Assembly (NCBI GenBank): GCA_045047305.1
Contig: JASFYO010000042.1
Location: forward strand, 1-13,253
Direction of reading: 5' to 3'
DNA: 13,253 nucleotides
From: Planctomycetota bacterium
GTDB lineage: Bacteria > Planctomycetota > UBA1135
In this document: positions 1-7,054 of the stretch, piece by piece
How positions within the stretch are numbered: the stretch's first letter is position 1
Layout: every line of letters starts with the position of its first letter
Translations under genes and position numbers: made by a program
The notes under the pieces: model-generated
The model's database searches: none
Told to the model about the DNA's origin: nothing
Seen by the model: only the letters and a program-made list of their open reading frames with translations

Positions 1-896
1 TCAATCACGATCAAGTCGCCGTTCGCAGGATTCACCGAAAACTGCACATTGGAGCCGCCGGTCTCCACACCAATCTCGCGCATGATGGCGAAACTCGCAT
101 CACGCATGCGCTGGTACTCGCGATCGGTCAGGGTTTGCGATGGTGCGACGGTAATCGAATCGCCGGTATGCACACCCATGGGGTCGAGGTTTTCAATCGA
201 ACAGACAATCACGCAGTTGTCTTTCTGATCGCGCATGACCTCCATCTCGAATTCCTTCCAGCCAATCAAACTCTTTTCGACCAAGACTTCGGTGACTGGA
301 CTCAAGCGTAAGCCGCGCGCAACAATCGTTTCGTATTCTTCGACGTTGTAAGCAATCCCACCGCCAGAGCCACCCATGGTGAAGGCCGGGCGGATTACGC
401 ATGGCATTCCAATGATTTTCATGGCGGCGCGACCTTCGGCCATCGTGCGCACAATTTCACTCGGTGCGCTTGCAAGACCAATCTTGTCCATTGCCTGACG
501 GAACTCCTCACGGTCTTCGGCCTTATGGATGACATCGGCGCGGGCACCAATCATCTCGCAGTCGAATTTGTCCAGCGTGCCATCTTCGGCCAGCGCAAGT
601 CCAACATTCAGCGCAGTCTGGCCACCAAGAGTGGGGAGGATGGCATCTGGGCGCTCCTTCTCAATCACTTTGGCAACGAACTCAGGAGTAATCGGCTCGA
701 TATAGGTGACGTCGGCCATCTCTGGGTCGGTCATAATCGTGGCCGGATTGGAATTCACCAGGATGATTCGGAATCCGTCTTCCCGCAGCGCCTTGATTGC
801 TTGGGTGCCGGAATAGTCGAATTCGCAGGCTTGACCGATGACGATCGGGCCTGAACCTAGGATGAGGATGGAGTTTAGGTCAGTCCGGCGGGGCAT
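1..896 (-). CDS. carB: Carbamoyl-phosphate synthase large subunit, 5' part (runs off the left edge)
   Basis: Not in the ORF track. Manual translation from ATG at 896 gives [33 protein letters not shown], and later [21 protein letters not shown] and [11 protein letters not shown], which are canonical CarB motifs. Confidence 0.98.
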   Translation of the reverse strand, partial: MPRRTDLNSILILGSGPIVIGQACEFDYSGTQAIKALREDGFRIILVNSNPATIMTDPEMADVTYIEPITPEFVAKVIEKERPDAILPTLGGQTALNVGLALAEDGTLDKFDCEMIGARADVIHKAEDREEFRQAMDKIGLASAPSEIVRTMAEGRAAMKIIGMPCVIRPAFTMGGSGGGIAYNVEEYETIVARGLRLSPVTEVLVEKSLIGWKEFEMEVMRDQKDNCVIVCSIENLDPMGVHTGDSITVAPSQTLTDREYQRMRDASFAIMREIGVETGGSNVQFSVNPANGDLIVI

Positions 897-916
897 GATG
901 CGCTCAGAGTTGCGCC

Positions 917-926
917 ATTCTAACTA
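917..926 (-). promoter_or_regulatory. Putative -10 element (TAGT-TAGAAT) upstream of carB
   Basis: The minus strand reads TAGTTAGAAT, 20 nt before the carB ATG, within the 54-bp aroB-carB gap. No well-spaced -35 element seen. Confidence 0.5.
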
Positions 927-950
927 CGCCTTGGGTGCGCAAGTCCCCGG

Positions 951-2018
951 CTAGCCCAAATAGCGATGCATTCCCGCCGCCACTTCGCCGGCGTCGACGC
1001 CCTGCACCAGCAGATTGGTGCCTGGCTTCACCGGCAGTATTAAATCCAGTTGGCCGTGCGCGGCTTTCTTATCCCGCAGTAGCAGTTTCTCTAAGGCGCG
1101 TTTGCTAGGAAACTCGCCCGGAAAGCGCGTTTTCATGCCGTTGCGCTTGAGGAATTCCAAAACCTCTGAGGCGTAACTCGCAGCGCACAATTCTTGTTCA
1201 GCGCTCATTTGGAGAGCGCAAAGTAACCCAAGTGCTACCGCTTCTCCATGCGCCAACCTACGTGGGCCGGCCGACGTTTCGAGTGCATGCCCGAAAGTGT
1301 GCCCAAGGTTGAGCAGTTTGCGTTCACCACCTTCCAGCGGATCGCGGCGCACGAGTTTTTGCTTGAAGCGTGCGCATTGCGTAACGAATTCACTAAGTTT
1401 TGCACTGCTGCGCTGCAATTGGTACGGGGTGGCCGCAAGCAAACTGCGGTACATTCCGCTCCCCGACAGCATGGCGGTTTTTAACACCTCGCCCATGCCA
1501 GAACGCCATTCCCTTAAAGGCAGGGTGCGCAACATCTGCACGTCGGAAACTACAAATTTTGGAAAGTGGAAAGCGCCGAAGAGATTTTTCCCTTCGTTCA
1601 GATTGACGGCAGTTTTCCCTCCGATGGATGCATCGGTCATCGCCAGAAGGGTGGTGGGAATCACCGCCCAGTCGATTCCGCGGAACAGGTTGGCAGCAAC
1701 GAATCCAGTCAGGTCTGAGGTCACTCCGCCGCCGACGGCAATCAAAAGGGACTTGCGGTCGGCCCCTTTGCGTACCAACTGCGAGGCCAGTCTTTCCGCC
1801 GCTTCCAAGGTCTTACGCGCCTCGCCGACTGGCGCGAGGAGCAGAGTGACTGCAAGTCCAGCTTCCTTCGCGGCTAGGACAATTTTACGTCCAACGACTT
1901 CCTCTGTTTTGCGGTCGATGACCACAAAAACATGCGAGGGCTTTGGTTTTAGCGACTTTAGGCGTGCGCAGGCCTCGGCTCGTAGGATTCCGCGCCCACA
2001 GGTGATTTTGGTATTCAT
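951..2018 (-). CDS. aroB: 3-dehydroquinate synthase
   Basis: Motifs GGGVTSDLTGFVAA, PTTLLAMTDASIGGKTAVN, KNLFGAFHFP, LLNLGHTFGHALE and LAHGEAVALG; 355 aa. Confidence 0.96.
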   Translation of the reverse strand: MNTKITCGRGILRAEACARLKSLKPKPSHVFVVIDRKTEEVVGRKIVLAAKEAGLAVTLLLAPVGEARKTLEAAERLASQLVRKGADRKSLLIAVGGGVTSDLTGFVAANLFRGIDWAVIPTTLLAMTDASIGGKTAVNLNEGKNLFGAFHFPKFVVSDVQMLRTLPLREWRSGMGEVLKTAMLSGSGMYRSLLAATPYQLQRSSAKLSEFVTQCARFKQKLVRRDPLEGGERKLLNLGHTFGHALETSAGPRRLAHGEAVALGLLCALQMSAEQELCAASYASEVLEFLKRNGMKTRFPGEFPSKRALEKLLLRDKKAAHGQLDLILPVKPGTNLLVQGVDAGEVAAGMHRYLG

Positions 2019-2026
2019 TCCCCAAT

Positions 2027-3373
2027 TCAGGATGGGTTCTTGCGTGCTGCCCGACGTGCTGCAACCTTCCCCATGGCGACATGGCTAGCCTTCTTGTCGC
2101 GCTTGATCAGGGTGAACAAAATAAAGCCAATCGCAATGGCGATGCCAAGAAACATCATGATGATTTGCCCGGCGAAAGGGGGAGTGATTTTTTCTTGAGC
2201 AACGGCATCGGTGACCACGAAGACGGGGGTGCGTAGATGGTTGCCTTCTGTGTCTTCATATGCCCAAAGCATGAGGAAATAGCCGTGGTAAATCATCGGT
2301 CCACGGTTAAGCCCAAACTGGAAATTCCCAGGAGCCTTTAAATGCGTCAAGTTGGTGCCAACTAAATCGTTGCGGATCCAGGCGGAAGAGATATTACGCT
2401 CCCGTAACGGATTTTCACCCACTTGAGAGGTTCCTTCCTCGCGTACCATGCCGCCGAGTTCGAACATTCTGCCGCGAAAAACACCAGGGTTTTTTGACAA
2501 TTCCTTCAAGCTCGCTTCGTCGAGGAGGATGGAATCCTTTGTCGCTTTAGCCAGAAGGTCAGGGTCGCGTCCAACCGTTCGTGCGACATTCATCAAATGC
2601 CATAGCTCTGGTTTTCGATCCAGTAAAGTTGGATTGTTGTGCGTGCCAAGGGGTTGATCCTTGACGTTGGCGAGCAAGGTTAGGGACGGCTCTGAAATGG
2701 GGGCTGCAAGCTTGAATGAAGGCTCTACGGCGCGTCCAACGAATAAAGGGGCAGTCATGTCGACGCCCTCAAATTTGCTGTCGTAATATTTGAAGAAGTA
2801 TCCGTCTGCGAGCACAAAGTTTTCGCGTAAGGCAATGCTGTCGGAAGCCGTGATGTCGATGAACTGAAATTTGTGACCATCCAGGGTTTGCAGAGTCCAC
2901 CAAACTTCGCGTTCGCCGTCGGCATTGGTTTCTTCAAAGCGATCCAGGATTTCTCCGCGCAAACGGAAGGGTTTCCCGCGGCTTGCAGCGGCCTTAGTAA
3001 CGCCATCCTCAAAGGGGAACTGCGGTTCGCCTAAAACATAAAGCCATGAGCCCACAAGGGCTTTGGCGGCATGACTGACTTCGCGGAAGGCATTGCGCTC
3101 CTTGACGACTCGGTCCGCGTGAGTTGCATCCTTGATTTGGGCTAAAAGATTAGCGTCTAGCTCTGGCAATAAACCGGCGTAATCGGTTTGTGATCCGAGG
3201 CGTTCAAGGTTGGTTTCTGCAGAATCCGCTGCGTTTTTCTTGACCACCACAATGATGACAAAGCAAAGCGCAATGCCAATTGCAGACAGGACGAGCTTGC
3301 GCTTTTCTTTATGCTTAGCCTCAGTGAGCTTACGCTCTAAAAGCCGACGTTTTTCTTCTCGATCCAGGGTCAT
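2027..3373 (-). CDS. Hypothetical membrane protein, 448 aa: N- and C-terminal TM helices around two tandem repeats of about 150-165 aa
   Basis: Start reassigned to ATG 3373 (MTLDREEK...), which overlaps the upstream stop as TAATG. Hydrophobic stretches LVLSAIGIALCFVIIVVV and IIMMFLGIAIAIGFILFTLI are both flanked by basic residues. Confidence 0.88.
   Translation of the reverse strand: MTLDREEKRRLLERKLTEAKHKEKRKLVLSAIGIALCFVIIVVVKKNAADSAETNLERLGSQTDYAGLLPELDANLLAQIKDATHADRVVKERNAFREVSHAAKALVGSWLYVLGEPQFPFEDGVTKAAASRGKPFRLRGEILDRFEETNADGEREVWWTLQTLDGHKFQFIDITASDSIALRENFVLADGYFFKYYDSKFEGVDMTAPLFVGRAVEPSFKLAAPISEPSLTLLANVKDQPLGTHNNPTLLDRKPELWHLMNVARTVGRDPDLLAKATKDSILLDEASLKELSKNPGVFRGRMFELGGMVREEGTSQVGENPLRERNISSAWIRNDLVGTNLTHLKAPGNFQFGLNRGPMIYHGYFLMLWAYEDTEGNHLRTPVFVVTDAVAQEKITPPFAGQIIMMFLGIAIAIGFILFTLIKRDKKASHVAMGKVAARRAARKNPS
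2198..3169 (-). repeat. Protein-level internal duplication (about aa 69-217 and aa 226-392)
   Basis: Collinear motif pairs: LLAQIKD/LLANVKD, SRGKPFRLRGEI/FRGRMFELGGMV, DGYFFKYY/HGYFLMLW, APLFVGRAV/TPVFVVTDAV. Confidence 0.8.
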
Positions 3374-4086
3374 TACTTTTTGTAGTTGCGTGCGGCATCC
3401 GCGAAACCGGAAAACATGGCGCGGGTAGCTTGGGAGTCCGGAGCGCGCTCTGGATGCCATTGCACACCTAACGCGAAGGTTTTATCAGGGAGTTCGATAG
3501 CCTCAAGGGTGCCATCGTCCGCCCAGGCAGCGGCCATAAGGGTAGCGCCGGGCTCGATTAATGCCTGATGATGGAAGCTCGGCACCAAAAAATCCTTGGT
3601 CCCAACCAACTGGGCGAGCAGCGATCCTTCACACGCTCTAACCGGATGTTCGATTCCCTTGGTGTGGTCGGCAAAGTTCTCTAGGTGTTGTTGGAATGGT
3701 GCCTGGTGGAGCAGCCCCATCATTTGCATGCCGAAACATACGCCGAACAAAGGCATATCGCGCTGCAAGGCCCCGCGCACTAACTCCAAGTTCATGGTCT
3801 GCTGTTCGAGTGGAACCGGCTTACATTCTGGAGTGGGAGCTGGCCCGCCATACGGGCGTAAATCTACGTCGTCGCCGCCGGTCATCAATACCCCGTCTAA
3901 CCGACCTAATATCGCACTTACATCTGCTGGCGGCGCATCGCCCGGAATCAGCACCGGAATCATGCCGGCGGCACGCAGAACGGGCATGTAACTGGTGAAC
4001 AATTGAAAGCGTCGCTGCCCTTCGTACCAAGGAGCATCGAGTAGTTCGACAGTGACCCCAATCAGTGGGTGCGGCGCGTCCATCAT
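3373..4086 (-). CDS. Peptidase C26 / gamma-glutamyl-gamma-aminobutyrate hydrolase family (PuuD-like class I glutamine amidotransferase)
   Basis: Start reassigned to ATG 4086 (or 4083), MMDAPHPLIGVT. Motifs LDGVLMTGGDDV, nucleophile GVCFGMQ, SFHHQA and GVQWHPE give an intact Cys-His-Glu triad. The longer N-terminus in the ORF track overlaps the antiporter gene. Confidence 0.9.
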   Translation of the reverse strand: MMDAPHPLIGVTVELLDAPWYEGQRRFQLFTSYMPVLRAAGMIPVLIPGDAPPADVSAILGRLDGVLMTGGDDVDLRPYGGPAPTPECKPVPLEQQTMNLELVRGALQRDMPLFGVCFGMQMMGLLHQAPFQQHLENFADHTKGIEHPVRACEGSLLAQLVGTKDFLVPSFHHQALIEPGATLMAAAWADDGTLEAIELPDKTFALGVQWHPERAPDSQATRAMFSGFADAARNYKK

Positions 4087-4108
4087 GGGCCCTATACTAA
4101 GCGTCCGT
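4087..4108. promoter_or_regulatory. Putative bidirectional promoter with overlapping -10 boxes
   Basis: 22-bp gap between divergent ATGs. The + strand has TATACT (4093-4098) and the - strand has TAGTAT (4099-4094). Confidence 0.65.
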
Positions 4109-5056
4109 ATGGCGTACCTGTACCTGCTCCTCGGCCTGGCTGGCCTTCTGATTGGATCCGACCTCGCGGTACGCGGTTCGATTTCCTTGGCGCATCGCTG
4201 GGGCTGGCCGAGCTGGGTCACCGGCCTTTTGCTGCTCGCGCTTGGAACCTCTTTGCCGGAGCTGTTTATCTGCATTGCGAGCGCGCCGGAGCACCCAGGC
4301 CTGGCAGCGGGGAATATTTTTGGCTCCAACGCATTCAATGTTGGAATTGTTCTCGGTGCAGCCTTATTGCTGAAAGGCAGCGCGCGCCTCGAGGTGCATG
4401 CGGTGCGTTTGCCGACCCTCATGCCCCTGGTTTTTGGAAGCCTGGTCGCTTTTCTATTGGTTGGCGCACCTTTGGGGGTTTACTTTTTGAGTTTTCTGTT
4501 CCTGGTGGCTTATGCCATCATGATTCGGCTTAGCATTACGCTCCGCGGTGACGATTTGCGTGAAGACGAAGCTGCCGCTCCTAGCCCTACGGTCAGCCTG
4601 CCGCTCGCCTTGGCATTAACCGCAGCGGGGTTTGTGTTGTTAGCCGTGGCTTCTACTTGGTTTCTGGATGGCGCACTCGACATCGCCGACCAATTTGGCT
4701 GGAAAGAAGGCTTTGCAGGTTTCATCATCACCGCAATCGGCACTTCGGCACCAGAACTTTTCACCTCGGTGCGCGCCTTAAGGCTTGGTCATGCCGGCGC
4801 CGTTTTCGGCAATGTGGTTGGCTCCAACGCTTTCAACCTTTTGGTAGCAGGTGGATTCGTCGGTTTGATGGCCGAGGTAGAAGTCCCACAGGAAGGCCTC
4901 CAAGCCCAGGTGATTCTCAACTTCGTAGCCACCACGGTGCTGCTCATTCCTGCCGTGTGCACCAATAAAAACCGCGAAATCTCTATCCGCGCCTACCAAG
5001 GCATGGGGGTTTTGCTCATCCTGGGCTATCTTGGCGGCGCTCTTTGGGTCTCCTAG
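4109..5056 (+). CDS. Calcium/sodium antiporter, CaCA family (YrbG-like)
   Basis: Start reassigned to ATG 4109 (MAYLYLLLG). Alpha-1 repeat GTSLPE...GNIFGSNAFN and alpha-2 repeat GTSAPE...GNVVGSNAFN, with about 10 hydrophobic segments. Confidence 0.93.
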   Translation: MAYLYLLLGLAGLLIGSDLAVRGSISLAHRWGWPSWVTGLLLLALGTSLPELFICIASAPEHPGLAAGNIFGSNAFNVGIVLGAALLLKGSARLEVHAVRLPTLMPLVFGSLVAFLLVGAPLGVYFLSFLFLVAYAIMIRLSITLRGDDLREDEAAAPSPTVSLPLALALTAAGFVLLAVASTWFLDGALDIADQFGWKEGFAGFIITAIGTSAPELFTSVRALRLGHAGAVFGNVVGSNAFNLLVAGGFVGLMAEVEVPQEGLQAQVILNFVATTVLLIPAVCTNKNREISIRAYQGMGVLLILGYLGGALWVS

Positions 5057-5057
5057 C

Positions 5058-5067
5058 TAGTTAAACT
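5058..5067 (+). promoter_or_regulatory. Putative -10 element (TAGT-TAAACT) for a leaderless lpxD transcript
   Basis: TAAACT at 5062-5067, 6 nt before ATG 5074; no Shine-Dalgarno sequence. Confidence 0.55.
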
Positions 5068-5073
5068 ACGCAC

Positions 5074-6114
5074 ATGGCCGACGCACTGCACTACGAACCG
5101 GGGACTCCGCTCAATGTTGAGCAGATTGCAGCCTTGGTCGACGGCCAGCTAGAGGGCGATTGCCCCACCTATTTTGAGCATGTACGTGATTTGGCCTCGG
5201 CTACAGCCTCCGATGTCGTGTTCTTCCGCGGCGGCCCGAATGAAATGGGGCGTTTACCTGGGCAAGCCGAGTTGGATGCCTTTGCCGCCACCGCGGCTGG
5301 CCTGTTATTGCTGGACGAAAAAACCGATGCGGGCGGACGTGCTTGCGTGCGCGTAGTCAACCCAGGATTGGCTGCCGCTCAATTGGCGCAACACTGGGAG
5401 CCTTATCTCCCGGAGATTCCGATGGGTGTGCATCCAAGTGCAGTGGTAGAAGATGGGGCGGAAATCGACGTCTCTGCTTGCATCGGTCCGCTGTGCGTGG
5501 TGGCGGCAGGCGCGGTGATTGGCGCTCATGCCAGACTTGTATCTGGGGTGCACGTAGGAGCTGGAAGTCAGATTGGTGCCGGGTGTGTTTTATTTCCAGG
5601 GGTTTATATAGGACCGCGCGTTTCACTAGGGGCGCGGTGTCGGGTGCAGGCGAATGCCTCTCTCGGGGCGGCTGGATTTGGTTATGTGTGGAGCGGATCC
5701 GAGCATGTGCACATGCCGCAAATGGGCGGGGTGCAGCTTGGTGAAGCGGTCGAGATTGGCGCCAATTCTTGCGTTGATGCTGGCACTTTCCGCGCTACGG
5801 TCATCGGTGACAACTGCCTTTTGGACAATCATGTGCAGGTCGGCCACAATTGCACATTGGGTCGTTTTGTGATTCTTTGTGGCAAGGTTGGGATTAGCGG
5901 CAGCGTGGAAATCGGCGATGGCGCGATTTTTGCCGGATCTGCTGGTGCCGCTGGACATATTTTGATTGGGGCCGGAGCCAAGATTGGCGCCAAGGCAGCG
6001 GTCACCTCCGATGTCCCTGCTGGGGCCACTTACGCCGGTAACCCCGCTGTGGACTTTGGCTTACATCAGCGCATGCAAGTGACACTGCGGCGCATGGCGC
6101 GGCGCAAAAGCTGA
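5074..6114 (+). CDS. lpxD: UDP-3-O-acylglucosamine N-acyltransferase
   Basis: LpxD-like N-terminal domain (EQIAALVDGQLEGD...VVNP), hexapeptide left-handed beta-helix repeats, AGFGY, and DNHVQVGHNC containing the catalytic His; 346 aa. Confidence 0.92.
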   Translation: MADALHYEPGTPLNVEQIAALVDGQLEGDCPTYFEHVRDLASATASDVVFFRGGPNEMGRLPGQAELDAFAATAAGLLLLDEKTDAGGRACVRVVNPGLAAAQLAQHWEPYLPEIPMGVHPSAVVEDGAEIDVSACIGPLCVVAAGAVIGAHARLVSGVHVGAGSQIGAGCVLFPGVYIGPRVSLGARCRVQANASLGAAGFGYVWSGSEHVHMPQMGGVQLGEAVEIGANSCVDAGTFRATVIGDNCLLDNHVQVGHNCTLGRFVILCGKVGISGSVEIGDGAIFAGSAGAAGHILIGAGAKIGAKAAVTSDVPAGATYAGNPAVDFGLHQRMQVTLRRMARRKS

Positions 6115-6138
6115 GTTTTTTCGTCGTGGCGGGGAAGG

Positions 6139-6169
6139 TTCCCGGAAAAATGCGATTTCCTGGAATCGC
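6139..6169. promoter_or_regulatory. Tandem palindromes TTCC-N-GGAA, possible operator
   Basis: TTCCCGGAA at 6139-6147 and TTCCTGGAA at 6157-6165. The second lies within the near-palindrome GCGATTTCCTGGAATCGC (6152-6169). Confidence 0.35.
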
Positions 6170-6252
6170 CACTTAAAAATCCCCTGTTACTGAGTGACCT
6201 TAGGCGTAATAAACATGCCCGCAGCGACCCGCTGCACTCCTCCTAAGTCAGC

Positions 6253-6645
6253 ATGTTTTTCCTTCCTCTCATCGCCCTTGTGGTTCTGCCAATCACGCAG
6301 GAACCGTCGAGCGATTCGCCCTATTTCGCGCCAGATTGGATTCCTGGCACCACCGAGTTGTATTATGGCCCGAGCTTCTTCGACCGCAATTATCGTGAGC
6401 CAGTGGATCTTGTGGTGAAGGTAGATTTAGGCTTGGTCAACTTTCATGCTCGTCAGCTACCGATGGGCGGAGCCGAGCATTTAGGCGCCTTGTTTTTCGC
6501 TTTAGACGAAGAGGAAGTGGAAGCTGGATTTCCGATGAATGTCGAGGATTCCTCGGTCGTTCCACAATGCCCAGCCCTCACGCCACCAGCTGAAAATGCA
6601 ACTGCAGCAGATTCTGCCGGTGCAGGCTGGCATCAAGAATCTTGA
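6253..6645 (+). CDS. Hypothetical protein, 130 aa, with a short hydrophobic N-terminus (possibly exported)
   Basis: The ORF fills the gap between lpxD and the Nudix gene. It begins MFFLPLIALVVLP and has an acidic, aromatic-rich body. No family recognised. It overlaps the Nudix 3' end by 68 bp. Confidence 0.65.
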   Translation: MFFLPLIALVVLPITQEPSSDSPYFAPDWIPGTTELYYGPSFFDRNYREPVDLVVKVDLGLVNFHARQLPMGGAEHLGALFFALDEEEVEAGFPMNVEDSSVVPQCPALTPPAENATAADSAGAGWHQES

Positions 6646-7030
6646 GCGCCTGATCGAAGGGGCACCAGTCCCAGCCCGCAATGCGTCCGCGTAGTCGCGG
6701 TTCCACGCTAGGGGAGGCCACCTGATATCCAACCGGCCACTGCACCAGTTGTAGATCGCCAATGTCCTGAACCAAACCGGTCGGTGGAGATACCAAATCG
6801 AATGCGTGGGTGAGGCCCGTCTCGATTTGCACTTGGCGAATTGCGGCGTGGCGTAAATCCTCATCCCAGTCGACGGGACCGACCACCGGACGCCACACAT
6901 TTTCTGCCGTAGGAGCCGCCTGCAGGAGCAGGTATTCTGGACCACTACCGCTGTAACGGTAGAGGAATACGTGGACCTCGTGGCGTTGGCCAAGGTCGCC
7001 AAACTGGGCGGGTGAGAATCTGCGAGACAT
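6578..7030 (-). CDS. Nudix-fold protein (NudB-like layout) with a degenerate Nudix box
   Basis: VHVFLYR...EYLLLQ...WRPVVGPVDWDEDLRHAAIRQVQIETGL...WDWCPFDQALK matches Nudix architecture. AGGAAG lies 5 nt upstream of the ATG and TAGGCT (7050-7045) is -10-like. Confidence 0.85.
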   Translation of the reverse strand: MSRRFSPAQFGDLGQRHEVHVFLYRYSGSGPEYLLLQAAPTAENVWRPVVGPVDWDEDLRHAAIRQVQIETGLTHAFDLVSPPTGLVQDIGDLQLVQWPVGYQVASPSVEPRLRGRIAGWDWCPFDQALKILDASLHRQNLLQLHFQLVA

Positions 7031-7054
7031 TAGAACTTCCTAGAAGCCTACCTC

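Noticed and set aside
1297..2088. 263-aa + strand ORF, and other antisense or alternate-frame ORFs (525-854, 3596-3991, 4069-4533, 5343-5744, 6502-7002, 11967-12551, 12552-13097)
   Set aside because: They shadow well-supported genes, have Ser/Arg/Pro-rich non-family sequence, and are expected in moderately GC-rich coding DNA.
3374..4422. Extended N-termini in the ORF track (starts at 3460, 4422 and 4052)
   Set aside because: They overlap neighbouring genes. Internal ATGs at 3373, 4086 and 4109 fit family boundaries, the TAATG coupling and the -10 boxes.
4320..4836. 19-bp near-identical direct repeat TTGGCTCCAACGC(A/T)TTCAA at 4320 and 4818
   Set aside because: It encodes the GSNAFN of the two CaCA alpha repeats. 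This is the known internal duplication, not a mobile or CRISPR repeat.
5420..6040. Periodic ATTGG/ATCGG-like repeats
   Set aside because: They are codons for the LpxD hexapeptide repeats.
6187..6245. Minus-strand AGGAGG followed by the mini-ORF MFITPKVTQ
   Set aside because: SD-to-start spacing is wrong for both the GTG and the ATG, and there is no other support.
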